DNA from: an uncultured Phascolarctobacterium sp. | Lineage (GTDB): Bacteria > Bacillota > Negativicutes > Acidaminococcales > Acidaminococcaceae | Assembly (NCBI GenBank): GCA_900541915.1 | Contig: UQLS01000003.1 | Location: 104,196-168,195 of the forward strand | Reading direction: 5' to 3' | DNA length: 64,000 nt | Shown: positions 1 to 9,312 of the stretch, one piece after another | Layout of the letters: the number at the start of each line of letters is the position of its first letter | Numbering within the stretch: position 1 is the stretch's first letter | The notes under the pieces: model-generated | Database searches by the model: none | What the model was told of the DNA's origin: nothing | What the model saw: the letters and a program-made list of their open reading frames with translations, nothing else | Translations under genes and position numbers: made by a program

Positions 1-210
1 AAACATGGCTGCCCCTACAACAAACATTCCACCAAACAATACCACAGTAGGATCAGCTAAACCAACAAAGATTTGTTCTACAGGTATAAGACCTAATAAC
101 CAGCAGCTTACTGCCGCTCCCACTGCAGTCACTGCCAGCGGGATGAGTTCAGTTACAAACAGCAGTGCTACTACTCCCAATAAAAATAAACATTTAATAG
201 CAGGTGTCAT
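1..210 (-). CDS. N-terminal fragment (about 70 aa) of an anion permease of the DASS/SLC13 (ArsB/NhaD-type) family; the gene continues beyond the window start
   Basis: Minus-strand translation from ATG at 210 reads MTPAIKCLFLLGVVALLFVTELIPLAVTAVGAAVSCWLLGLIPVEQIFVGLADPTVVLFGGMFVVGAAMF, a hydrophobic N-terminus typical of this family. RBS AAGAGGGT lies upstream. The plus-strand ORF 5..241 looks like a shadow of this gene. Confidence 0.5.
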   Translation of the reverse strand, partial: MTPAIKCLFLLGVVALLFVTELIPLAVTAVGAAVSCWLLGLIPVEQIFVGLADPTVVLFGGMFVVGAAMF

Positions 211-217
211 CTGTTTA

Positions 218-433
218 TTACCCTCTTTTCTTATTAGATAAGTTCAAATATTGCAATGAATGAAGAAAAAAATATTTTTGTTCCAAAGGATGCGTAAGTA
301 TGTTGCCTTTTAATCTGCGGTACTGAATCATCTTATGATAAAAAGAACTGTCAGCTTTTCTCAGCAATCTTTTTATCTTCAGCAATTCCCTCTGCTCATC
401 CATATATTCCGCAGCGGTAACAGTTTTATCCAT
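218..433 (-). CDS. Small hypothetical basic protein of 71 aa
   Basis: Strong RBS AGGAGGAG 6 nt before ATG at 433. It sits immediately upstream of the transporter fragment. I do not recognise the family. Confidence 0.4.
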   Translation of the reverse strand: MDKTVTAAEYMDEQRELLKIKRLLRKADSSFYHKMIQYRRLKGNILTHPLEQKYFFLHSLQYLNLSNKKRG

Positions 434-614
434 ATCACGCTCCTCCTTTAAAGTAAACAGCAGCTGCATGCTGTTTATACAAAAAAATCATACAGATACT
501 AAAAACAAAAGAACCAATTAATACATATACTAAGCTTAGTGTCAAAAGATCCATTCATATCTAAATATAACTTTTAAATGATTTTATAAAATAATCCAGC
601 TGGCTATTATCTGA

Positions 615-809
615 TTAAAATCTTTTCAATGCTTTCAGAGCAGACAGGCTAAGTCGCTGACCCTGCACAAATCTGCTGAAGCTGTAGCCACGTTCACCAC
701 AATGAGGAAATACTTTAGCAGCAAGCTTCCTCTTTCTGCACAGATAAGCTAAAATACCAATCTGTTTATCAGGTGATAAATTCTTACCGTTTGTTGTTCC
801 TCCAGCCAT
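615..809 (-). CDS. Small hypothetical basic protein of 64 aa (MAGGTTNGKNLSPDKQIGILAYLCRKRK...)
   Basis: RBS AAGGAG 8 nt before ATG at 809. It is divergent from the LysR gene. I do not recognise the family. Confidence 0.4.
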   Translation of the reverse strand: MAGGTTNGKNLSPDKQIGILAYLCRKRKLAAKVFPHCGERGYSFSRFVQGQRLSLSALKALKRF

Positions 810-1016
810 AAAGTTCACTCCTTTTTAATTGATAATAATTTCTTTTAGGCACTTCAAATTATATATAAGACTCGTTTAAAATAAAAATATCCTTTTGGCA
901 TAAAAGCTATAATTATTAGTATTTACTTCTATTTAATAAGATTATTTACATTCGATAAAAGCAATGTTAAAATAAAAGAAATTTTTAAACATTTACCAAT
1001 ATGCAAGGAGGGAAAA

Positions 1017-1949
1017 ATGGAATTAGAAAATTATAGAAATTTCCTTGCTATCATAGAGGCCGGCAGCTTTACCGGAGCGGCAGAATGTGTGCATCTGGCA
1101 CAACCAGCTCTCAGCAAACAGCTTAAAGCACTGGAAAACTATTTTGGCACGAAGCTTATCATTACCCAGCGCGGCAGCCGCCAGCTTATTCTTACAGAAG
1201 CAGGACATATACTATATCAAAAGGCAAAATATATCTGTGCTCTGGAAGACCTGGCTAAAATGGAAATAGACAATATCACAGGCGGTTATACGGGCACACT
1301 TCGCATCAGTGCTGCTAATTCGCGCTCTGCCTTATTTATCAGCAATGTCCTTAAAGATTTTCACCTGCGCTATCCCCAGATAACATACGAAATTTATGAA
1401 GGCGGTATCACCGAACAGGTACAGCAGCTTTTAAACGGTATTACCGAACTGGGAATTTTCAGCGTTCCCATCAACCATGAAGATAACTTTGAAGTCTTAT
1501 TTCGCCGTCAGGAAGAGCTTTCTGCCGTTTTTCACCAGGATTGTATCTGGGCAAAAGATTCCCGCAAGGAAATTTCTTTAAACGAACTGGCTGATGTTCC
1601 AGTCAGTATTTCGGCTGGCTGTTGGGAAGCACTGCAAAAACAACGTTCTCAGCTTCCCTTACTCAAAAATATCGTCTGCATCAGCACTACGCGCAGCACT
1701 GCCCTGCAATGGGCCATAGATAACACCGCTGCAGCTATTATACCTGCAGAGCCTGATGAAAAGTTTGGCTCGCAGCTGCTGAAAAAGAAAATTACCGGCA
1801 CCGACATTCAGCTTTTCAAAACCGTAGTAAAAGTAAAGGACAGGCCGCTCTCTGTTATCGCACAAAAATTTTTAAAATTCTACGCCCAAAAGCGTAATTC
1901 TCAGCAGGTATGCAATCTTGACGAATTACTGCGACGTGAACTCATATAA
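1017..1949 (+). CDS. LysR-family transcriptional regulator
   Basis: N-terminal HTH FTGAAECVHLAQPALSKQLKALE, followed by a LysR substrate-binding domain. 310 aa. Confidence 0.85.
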   Translation: MELENYRNFLAIIEAGSFTGAAECVHLAQPALSKQLKALENYFGTKLIITQRGSRQLILTEAGHILYQKAKYICALEDLAKMEIDNITGGYTGTLRISAANSRSALFISNVLKDFHLRYPQITYEIYEGGITEQVQQLLNGITELGIFSVPINHEDNFEVLFRRQEELSAVFHQDCIWAKDSRKEISLNELADVPVSISAGCWEALQKQRSQLPLLKNIVCISTTRSTALQWAIDNTAAAIIPAEPDEKFGSQLLKKKITGTDIQLFKTVVKVKDRPLSVIAQKFLKFYAQKRNSQQVCNLDELLRRELI

Positions 1950-1986
1950 AAAAGAAAGCATAAGGTTTAAACCTTATGCTTTCTTT

Positions 1987-3123
1987 TTACTTTTCATTCA
2001 GATATTTATTTATAATAAAATGTAAATCCAGCACCTTACTTTCTGAAATACGTACCTTGTCAGTTTTGCCGATAAAATACTGATAAAAGGGCAGCTGCAT
2101 AATAAGCTCCATCGCAACAACGCTCATCATGAGCATCAGGCAAAAAAGCAGCGGATAAAAAATCAGTGTATCCGGCGTAATACCAGACAACGTCAATAAA
2201 GCATCTCCGCAGTACATAAAAATAATATGCAGCAAAAAAATACCAAAAGAATAATTTCCCAGATAAACAATCAGATACCGCCGAAAATTATTCTGCTTGC
2301 TCCAGCTGCTGGCCGAATAAAAAATCATGGCAATAAGTATTGTATATAAAAACAAATTGAGCGGAAAGCAGATAAATTCCAGTATCTGATAATCATGCAG
2401 GTAATACCTGGTGAACCAGCAGCCGGCAACAGCCGGTATAAAAATAAGCAGCAGCAAATTAAGCAGTCCGTAATGCCTTCCCGTCCAGCTTAAAAGCCGT
2501 CGACGATATAGACAAGCCGCCATGCCAAAAGAAAAATATGCTATATAACGTAAAAACGAAAGCGCCATTACCAAATAAGCTTCTTCCTGCCCAGGTACAA
2601 CTAAATTGTTCCAGCATTTCCACAGCAGCTGCAAAATTATTACTGCAGCAAAATACAAAGGCAGCACTTTCTGCTTCTGACAATATCTAAAGCACCTGAT
2701 TATCAGAGGATAAAAAATATAAAAACCGAATAATGCTCTAAAAAAGCCTAAATGCACGGCAGCACTGCCGGTAATAATCATGGTAATAATCTTATCAAGA
2801 CTATATTTATCATTGTTAACCCAGCAGGCGCCCACAAGATACATCAGTGAAAATAAAAGATATGGCGACAGAACGGACAAAAACATCTTTCTGCAGAAAC
2901 CTATGCCATATTTATCGGCGTGACTGTGCCTGCTGATAAATAAATATCCGGAAATAAACATGAAGAGGGGCACGGCAAAGAGAGAGATTATATCCAGCAG
3001 CATCACAGAAAGCGTTTCCCAAGACCCGCCCGGTGCCTGCTTAAAAAACCATGCTGTATGCATCAGCATAACTCCCAGAACTACAAATCCGCGTAACAAT
3101 AATATCATCTGCACAACTATCAC
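1987..3123 (-). CDS. Acyltransferase-3 family integral membrane protein
   Basis: 378 aa with about 10 TM segments, in the typical acyltransferase_3 architecture. Confidence 0.7.
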   Translation of the reverse strand: MIVVQMILLLRGFVVLGVMLMHTAWFFKQAPGGSWETLSVMLLDIISLFAVPLFMFISGYLFISRHSHADKYGIGFCRKMFLSVLSPYLLFSLMYLVGACWVNNDKYSLDKIITMIITGSAAVHLGFFRALFGFYIFYPLIIRCFRYCQKQKVLPLYFAAVIILQLLWKCWNNLVVPGQEEAYLVMALSFLRYIAYFSFGMAACLYRRRLLSWTGRHYGLLNLLLLIFIPAVAGCWFTRYYLHDYQILEFICFPLNLFLYTILIAMIFYSASSWSKQNNFRRYLIVYLGNYSFGIFLLHIIFMYCGDALLTLSGITPDTLIFYPLLFCLMLMMSVVAMELIMQLPFYQYFIGKTDKVRISESKVLDLHFIINKYLNEK

Positions 3124-3353
3124 TCTTTATATAAAAATTTTCCGTATCAGCGGCAGTACTTATTATATGAAGCAGCCTGTAAGATAGCAAATTACTTTTC
3201 AGCATATCTTTTATTCCACAAAAGTATTACTTTATTTAGAGCACAGGCACAATTTAAAAAAGTAAATTTTTCACAATTTTCTTGAGCAAAAAAAAAGTTT
3301 GTGATAGGATAAATATGTTCAGATAAACTTGTTACTAACGAAAGGGTGCTATT

Positions 3354-4037
3354 ATGGAAAAAATTTACGAAGGTAAAACCAAAACCGTTTATCAACTGGA
3401 AAACGGTAATGTACTGTTAAAATTTAAAGATGACTGCACCGGCAAAGACGGCGTTTTCGATCCGGGTGAAAACAGCATCGGCCTGACCATTGAAGGTATC
3501 GGCAAAGCAAACCTGGAAACCTCTATCCACTTCTTTGAAATTCTGAAAGAAGCAGGCATCAAAACCCATTATGTATCCGCTAACGTTGACGAAGCAACCA
3601 TGGAAGTACTTCCTGCTAAAGTATTCGGCAAAGGCCTCGAAGTTATCTGCCGCCTGAAAGCAACCGGCAGCTTCATCCGCCGTTATGGCGACTACATTGC
3701 TGACGGCACCGAACTGCCCGGCGGTTATGTTGAAACCACTTTCAAAGACGATGCTAAAGGCGATCCGCTGGTTACCTGCGAAGGTCTGGAAGCATTGCAC
3801 ATCATGACTCGCGAAATGTTCGAAAGCATGAAAGCACAAACTTTGAAAATCACCCATATCGTTGCAGCTGACCTGGCTAAAAAAGGTCTGGATCTGTATG
3901 ATATCAAATTTGAATTTGGCTACAATAACGATGAAGTAATCCTCATCGACGAAATTGCCAGCGGCAACATGCGCGTTTACAAAGACGGCAAAATTGTTGA
4001 CCCGATGGATCTGACCAAAATCATCCTTGGCAAATAA
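3354..4037 (+). CDS. purC: Phosphoribosylaminoimidazole-succinocarboxamide synthase (SAICAR synthetase)
   Basis: N-terminal YEGKTKTVY motif. Short-form PurC of 227 aa. Confidence 0.9.
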   Translation: MEKIYEGKTKTVYQLENGNVLLKFKDDCTGKDGVFDPGENSIGLTIEGIGKANLETSIHFFEILKEAGIKTHYVSANVDEATMEVLPAKVFGKGLEVICRLKATGSFIRRYGDYIADGTELPGGYVETTFKDDAKGDPLVTCEGLEALHIMTREMFESMKAQTLKITHIVAADLAKKGLDLYDIKFEFGYNNDEVILIDEIASGNMRVYKDGKIVDPMDLTKIILGK

Positions 4038-4091
4038 TTTTTCGTAAAAGTAAAAGCAGTTATATCCAAAAGGATATAACTGCTTTTTTAT

Positions 4092-5051
4092 TTATTCTCT
4101 GCTTTTCAGCATATAATAAGGGTCTACAGCCTGACCATCTACCAGCACCTCATAATGTATGTGCGGACCGGTACTGTAACCGCTGCTGCCCACGAAGCCG
4201 ATAATCTCGCCTTTAGCAACCTGCTGCCCTGCTTCTACAGCAAGACTGCTCATGTGACCGTAAGCACTTTCATAGCCATTGCCATGATTTATTCTGACAT
4301 AACGTCCGTAGCCGCCGTTCCAGCCAGCCTGCTCTATCTTGCCTGCAGCACTGGCATATACAGGCGCACCAAAATCAACAGCAATATCTATGCCCTGATG
4401 CCATTCGTAGCCGCCTTCAATAGGACCAACTCGGCTGCCGTACGGAGAGCTTATCTCGCCGCCCTGAACAGGCCATTTATCCGGAAAGGCTGCCATAGTA
4501 CCGCTTTGTCCGCCAATCACCTGCAACAGCTCTGAAACGGAGCTTTTTCTTTCTGCAATCATCTGGCTGATATTTTGATTCTGCACTTCAAGCATGGCTT
4601 TAAGTTCACTGGTGCCAAGTTTTTCTTTAGGTCCGCCCTGACCAAGATAACGTCCAGATTCTGTGGTTTCTGCAGCTTCATCAGTACCGCCAGATAATTT
4701 ACTGTTATCTACATCACGAATCAGCGTACGGCGCAGCTTCTTTTCCAAATTGGAAAGCTCTGCCATATCACGCAGCATTTTTTCATTGTCATTGAGCATT
4801 TTTTGCAGTGCTGCCTGCTCCTGCTCCTTATGCTGCTGATATTCGGCAAACGCACTTTGTTCACTGCAGAACTGATAAAGACGATAGCCAAAATAACCTG
4901 CTGCTGATACAGAAGCCAGAATAATCACAGCCCCCAGCACAACCAGCCATTTAAAACTTCCTGCACTGCAGGAAAGCACCTTATTGCCGGGCAGAACTAT
5001 CCTGCAGCTTTCACATTGTTCTTTTTTGATATCTTTCTTTTCTGTTTCCAT
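4092..5051 (-). CDS. M23 (LytM-type) peptidoglycan metalloendopeptidase with an N-terminal TM segment and a coiled coil (EnvC-like)
   Basis: C-terminal M23 motifs HQGIDIAVDFGAPVYA ... GSSGYSTGPHIHYEV. Confidence 0.85.
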   Translation of the reverse strand: METEKKDIKKEQCESCRIVLPGNKVLSCSAGSFKWLVVLGAVIILASVSAAGYFGYRLYQFCSEQSAFAEYQQHKEQEQAALQKMLNDNEKMLRDMAELSNLEKKLRRTLIRDVDNSKLSGGTDEAAETTESGRYLGQGGPKEKLGTSELKAMLEVQNQNISQMIAERKSSVSELLQVIGGQSGTMAAFPDKWPVQGGEISSPYGSRVGPIEGGYEWHQGIDIAVDFGAPVYASAAGKIEQAGWNGGYGRYVRINHGNGYESAYGHMSSLAVEAGQQVAKGEIIGFVGSSGYSTGPHIHYEVLVDGQAVDPYYMLKSRE

Positions 5052-5055
5052 TTTC

Positions 5056-6672
5056 TTATCCTTTAAAATACCCGAAGCGTTGTCCTAAACGCAGCATTCT
5101 TGCACCTACAAAAGGAATATTCTCCATATCCTCCTGATGCAGGCCACCGCAGGCAATCAGCGCCAACGCATAAGACGGCACAGCCGCTATCATGGCAACT
5201 AAAATAGCCCAGGCACCCCAGCCGCCGCAGAAATACAGAACGCCATAAATAACTGCCCCCATTACACCGGATGCAGCCAAAGGTTTTAATAAATTACCAG
5301 CTGACAGATGATAACCGGTAAATTTATAAATAAAACACATATTGATAATCGCAGCTACAGCAAAATCTGCCACCGTCGCCATAGAAGCACCTTTAACGCC
5401 TAAAGACGGTACCGCAGTCAAGGTCCAGCTCAAAACTACCTTAACTACACCGGCTAAAATCATATTGATTACCGGTATGGAAGTTTTGCCAAGCCCCTGC
5501 AGAATACCTGTACTGATCTGATGCAGACCTAAAAACAAGATGCCCACACTCATTGTCTGAATAGCAGCTGCAGCACCCGGCGCATTATAAATCAGCGCTG
5601 CTACTTTTTCTGCCAGGAAATACAGGCCCATAAAACATGGACAGGTAATAATCATGGCAACCCTAAACGCAATTTTAATCTTTTCTCGAATAGCCTCCAA
5701 GTTACCGAGAGCTCTTGATTCAGAAATAGAAGGAACCAAGCTGATCGTCATAGCTGCGGTAAAGATTGCTGCAAGATTAACCAGCGGCACTGCCATGCCA
5801 GTAAGATAGCCGAAAAGTTCCGTTGCCGTTCTGACGCTGAAGCCGGCTGCCTCCAAACGCTGCGGCACAATTAAAAGGTCAAGATTAGCACCAATGGGCA
5901 GCATTAAGCTTGAAAGCGATACAGGCAGTGCCAGACGCAGCATTCTTTTAATAATATGCCAGGCACCCTCAACCTCAGCAGTATCATCCTGCGCCGCAAT
6001 TTCCGCATGCAGTTTGCGTTTAAGCCGTCTGTAAAACCACATCAGCACCAGCAGAGCACAGAAGGCACCTACACCGGCACCCATGCTTGCACCGCCTGCT
6101 GCATAAGCCAAACCATAAGGCAGCAGCAAATCTGCAAAAATCAGCATAGTGAAAACGCGCATCAGCTGCTCTACTATTTCCGAAACTGCGGTCGGCGTCA
6201 TAATCTGCCAACCCTGCAAATAACCACGGAAGCTGGCCAGGAAGGTTACAAAAAATACAGCCGGCGCCAGTGCAATAATAGAGTAATAAGCACGTCCGTC
6301 GCGAATAAAATTATTATCAATTAACCAGCCGGCACCAAAGAACAGGGCCGAAGAAAAAATCAGACCGCTGACCAGCAATAGCCGCAAAGAAACACTGAAT
6401 ACCCGCTTGGCACCGCGATAATCCTTATTAGCCAGCTTTTCAGCCGTAATAATAGAAATAGCTACCGGTATGCCTGCAGAAGAAACAGTAATTGCCATCA
6501 GATAAATGGGAAAACCCATCTGATACAGGCCAATGCCCTCACCGCCTAAAACACGTGATAAGATAATCCAGTTTAATGAACCGATTACTTTTACCACAAT
6601 ACTGGAAGCAGTAAGAATCAGCGTTCCCTTGAGAAATTTTTTATTATCATTATTAGCCGTAGTCTCGCTCAT
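5056..6672 (-). CDS. MOP-superfamily polysaccharide/lipid-II flippase (MurJ/Wzx/SpoVB-like)
   Basis: 538 aa with about 14 TM segments, in a polysaccharide-biosynthesis-protein-like layout. It lies adjacent to the M23 peptidase gene. Confidence 0.7.
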   Translation of the reverse strand: MSETTANNDNKKFLKGTLILTASSIVVKVIGSLNWIILSRVLGGEGIGLYQMGFPIYLMAITVSSAGIPVAISIITAEKLANKDYRGAKRVFSVSLRLLLVSGLIFSSALFFGAGWLIDNNFIRDGRAYYSIIALAPAVFFVTFLASFRGYLQGWQIMTPTAVSEIVEQLMRVFTMLIFADLLLPYGLAYAAGGASMGAGVGAFCALLVLMWFYRRLKRKLHAEIAAQDDTAEVEGAWHIIKRMLRLALPVSLSSLMLPIGANLDLLIVPQRLEAAGFSVRTATELFGYLTGMAVPLVNLAAIFTAAMTISLVPSISESRALGNLEAIREKIKIAFRVAMIITCPCFMGLYFLAEKVAALIYNAPGAAAAIQTMSVGILFLGLHQISTGILQGLGKTSIPVINMILAGVVKVVLSWTLTAVPSLGVKGASMATVADFAVAAIINMCFIYKFTGYHLSAGNLLKPLAASGVMGAVIYGVLYFCGGWGAWAILVAMIAAVPSYALALIACGGLHQEDMENIPFVGARMLRLGQRFGYFKG

Positions 6673-6830
6673 ATAATCCGCCTTTAAATTTAGATATACA
6701 TAGATATTATCCTATTTTTCACATCTTTTTACAAGTATTTTAAAGCTTTTGTAAAATAACTGACACTTATTATTCTTGCATAAAATTTTTAGTATGTTAA
6801 AATAAAAAACGAAATATTTAAAGTAAAGGA

Positions 6831-7448
6831 ATGAAAACTATGAAGAAAATTTATGCAGTACTCCTTGCCAGCGCTGTTATTACAGCAGGTCTATCTACCG
6901 CCGCCTACGCTTCTCCGCTGAAAAGCTACGAGCCAGGCAAAGTAGCTATTGATGCTGGTATCACTCTTCCTTCCAGCATTGAAGGCGACAATTACAAAAT
7001 GAGCAAATCTGACAGCACCTATCTGGGCGCCACCGTAGGTCTGGGCAGCAATACTGCTCTTAACTACAGATGGGATAATTTCAAAGCTGACGAAGGCAAA
7101 ACCCGTACCCAGCAGCTGAACCTCATGTATAAACTGCTTCCCAATCTTTCTGCGTATGCAGGCTATCTGAATGCTGATACCAGCACTGACCATATGGGCG
7201 GACACAACAACAATTCCGGTCAGATTGGTTTACAGGCTCAGTTTGAATTGCCGCTGCTCTTCACAGTATGGGGCAATGTTGGTTACGGCGATAAAAACAA
7301 ATCCTATGAAATCGGTGTAAGCAAACCCATCCTTAATAATGTAGAATTGAATCTCTCCTATTATGACCACAAATTCCAGGAAGCTCTTGGCGATGACGGC
7401 GATATGAAAGCCAGAGGCGTCAACATGGGCGTAACCGTAAAATTCTAA
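6831..7448 (+). CDS. Outer-membrane beta-barrel protein (OmpW/OmpA-like small porin)
   Basis: Signal peptide ending AYA-SP, alternating amphipathic strands, and a C-terminal aromatic residue (VTVKF). Confidence 0.6.
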   Translation: MKTMKKIYAVLLASAVITAGLSTAAYASPLKSYEPGKVAIDAGITLPSSIEGDNYKMSKSDSTYLGATVGLGSNTALNYRWDNFKADEGKTRTQQLNLMYKLLPNLSAYAGYLNADTSTDHMGGHNNNSGQIGLQAQFELPLLFTVWGNVGYGDKNKSYEIGVSKPILNNVELNLSYYDHKFQEALGDDGDMKARGVNMGVTVKF

Positions 7449-7459
7449 TAAAATTACAG

Positions 7460-7490
7460 CACGTGCCAAACGGCACGTGTTTTATTTTTA
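7460..7490 (+). terminator. Rho-independent terminator
   Basis: CACGTGCC-aaac-GGCACGTG stem followed by a T-run. Confidence 0.7.
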
Positions 7491-7505
7491 TTTTTTGTAA
7501 TAAAT

Positions 7506-7545
7506 AATAATTATTGTTGACGAATCATTTGAAGTATGCTATTAT
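7506..7545 (+). promoter_or_regulatory. Sigma-70-type promoter for the rubrerythrin gene, overlapped by a palindromic Fur/PerR-like box
   Basis: -35 TTGACG at 7517-7522 and -10 TATTAT at 7540-7545, separated by a 17-nt spacer. A perfect palindrome AATAATTATT at 7506-7515 abuts the -35. Confidence 0.5.
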
Positions 7546-7623
7546 ATGAAATGTCAAGGATACATCAACTAAGATGTGCAATTAAAATTCAAATATTAAG
7601 ATAATAATATGGAGGGATACTCA

Positions 7624-8166
7624 ATGAAAAAATTCGTTTGTCAAGTATGTGGTTATGTATATGAAGGCGAAGCAGCTCCGGAATACTGCCCGCAATGTAA
7701 AGCTCCTGCTTCCAAATTCACCGAAATGTCCGGCGAAATGAGCTGGGCTGCTGAACACGTAGTAGGTATTGCAGCTGACGTTCCTGAAGATATCAAAGCT
7801 GACCTGCGCGCTAACTTCAACGGCGAATGCAGCGAAGTTGGTATGTACCTGGCTATGAGCCGTGTTGCTTTCCGTGAAGGCTATCCTGAAATCGGCCTGT
7901 ACTGGGAAAAAGCTGCTTTTGAAGAAGCAGAACATGCAGCTAAATTCGCTGAACTGCTGGGTGAAGTTGTAACCCCGTCTACCAAAAAGAACCTTGAAAT
8001 GCGTGTAGAAGCTGAAAACGGTGCAACCGCTGGTAAAGCTGATCTGGCAAAACGCGCTAAAGCTCTCAACCTGGATGCAATCCATGACACCGTTCATGAA
8101 ATGGCTCGCGACGAAGCTCGTCACGGCAAAGCATTCGAAGGTCTGCTGAAACGCTATTTCGCATAA
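7624..8166 (+). CDS. rbr: Reverse rubrerythrin: N-terminal rubredoxin-like CxxC...CxxC domain followed by a ferritin-like diiron domain
   Basis: N-terminus [15 protein letters not shown]...CPQCKA; diiron E..EH motifs follow. RBS GGAGGG 7 nt before ATG at 7624. Confidence 0.9.
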   Translation: MKKFVCQVCGYVYEGEAAPEYCPQCKAPASKFTEMSGEMSWAAEHVVGIAADVPEDIKADLRANFNGECSEVGMYLAMSRVAFREGYPEIGLYWEKAAFEEAEHAAKFAELLGEVVTPSTKKNLEMRVEAENGATAGKADLAKRAKALNLDAIHDTVHEMARDEARHGKAFEGLLKRYFA

Positions 8167-8182
8167 TAAATCCTTAACTAAA

Positions 8183-8220
8183 AACTCCGTCATCTTGAAG
8201 ATGACGGAGTTTTTGTTTTT
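8183..8220. terminator. Bidirectional rho-independent terminator between convergent genes
   Basis: CTCCGTCATCTT-ga-AGATGACGGAG stem with T-runs on both strands. Confidence 0.8.
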
Positions 8221-8229
8221 CATTTATAA

Positions 8230-9300
8230 TTATTTTTTCTTTTTAGCTTTGGCATTAGCATCGTTAGCATTAGCCACAGCTGCCCATTGTCTTAATAAAT
8301 CTGTGCAGGCTGCCGCATAATTTCCGGCAGTACCAAAAGCTCCTGCTTCTTGGCTGTATACAGTCAGCAGCTGAATATCGTCATAGTAGATATGAGCATA
8401 ACTGCCGTTATCATATACTACAAAATAGTCGGGATTGACAACGCCGCGCTGCCGCACAGTCCATAAACTTCCGGCAAGCAAGTAAGCGCGGTATTTAGCT
8501 TTATTGCTGCCGATGCTGCGGCTGATATTAAAGCGCCAGTCCCCTTCACATACATAGGCATGGTCATCATCCTCAATAACTACATCAGGATGTACATCAA
8601 GCTTATCAATAAGCTTCATTACTCTTTTTACACGTTCTTCCGGCTCCGGGTGGCTGGAAAAAAGGCCATAGCCGGGATTTCCCTGCTGAGCAGCCAAATC
8701 ATCCAGCTTATTTAAGGTAATAATCATGCTGTAGGGATTGTAACCTGCTTTAACAGTATTATAAAAACCTTCTTTATCTGCGCCGCGTTCATCTGTACGG
8801 CTGTAGCCCGCAAACAAAGCCTGCTGGGCCATCTGTACCAGACCAAGCGCCTCTCCGCGTGTTACTGCCAGCAGTACAAGCGTAGTCAGCATCTGTTTTT
8901 CTATCTGATGGACCGTATGCTTTTCCACTACGTGACCTATTTCATGGCCCAAAACACCTGCCAGTTCTGCATCAGTCGGCATGTAGTCAGTCAAACCTTT
9001 AAACACATAGATAAATCCGCCCGGGCAGGCTAAAGCATTAACTTCGTTGCTGTTCAAAACTTTAAAGGAATACTCAATATCCTGCCGTCCGCAGACACTT
9101 ACCAGCTTCTGCCCTATCCTGTTCACCCTTGCCTGCAACTCTTCATCCTGTACTACCCCATACTGAGCTTCCAGCTGCATAGCTGTTTCGCGTCCCATTT
9201 CAATTTCCTGCTGCTGGCTAATGATGCCGGCTTCAGTAGACGGTGCAAATCCTAAAAGCAGGCAGCAGACAAATAATACAGTTAAAAATATCTTTTTCAT
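8230..9300 (-). CDS. Secreted M48-family (Ste24/HtpX-like) zinc metallopeptidase
   Basis: HEIGHVVEKH zinc motif. N-terminal signal peptide. Confidence 0.85.
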   Translation of the reverse strand: MKKIFLTVLFVCCLLLGFAPSTEAGIISQQQEIEMGRETAMQLEAQYGVVQDEELQARVNRIGQKLVSVCGRQDIEYSFKVLNSNEVNALACPGGFIYVFKGLTDYMPTDAELAGVLGHEIGHVVEKHTVHQIEKQMLTTLVLLAVTRGEALGLVQMAQQALFAGYSRTDERGADKEGFYNTVKAGYNPYSMIITLNKLDDLAAQQGNPGYGLFSSHPEPEERVKRVMKLIDKLDVHPDVVIEDDDHAYVCEGDWRFNISRSIGSNKAKYRAYLLAGSLWTVRQRGVVNPDYFVVYDNGSYAHIYYDDIQLLTVYSQEAGAFGTAGNYAAACTDLLRQWAAVANANDANAKAKKKK

Positions 9301-9312
9301 AATGCCTCCTTA

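Noticed and set aside
5-241. Plus-strand 78-aa ORF at the window start
   Set aside because: The opposite strand encodes a convincing DASS-type permease N-terminus with a proper RBS, so the plus ORF is a shadow.
3124-3353. Purine riboswitch or PurR box upstream of purC
   Set aside because: The leader is AT-rich and lacks the conserved purine-riboswitch three-way-junction sequence. Only a generic promoter and RBS are visible.
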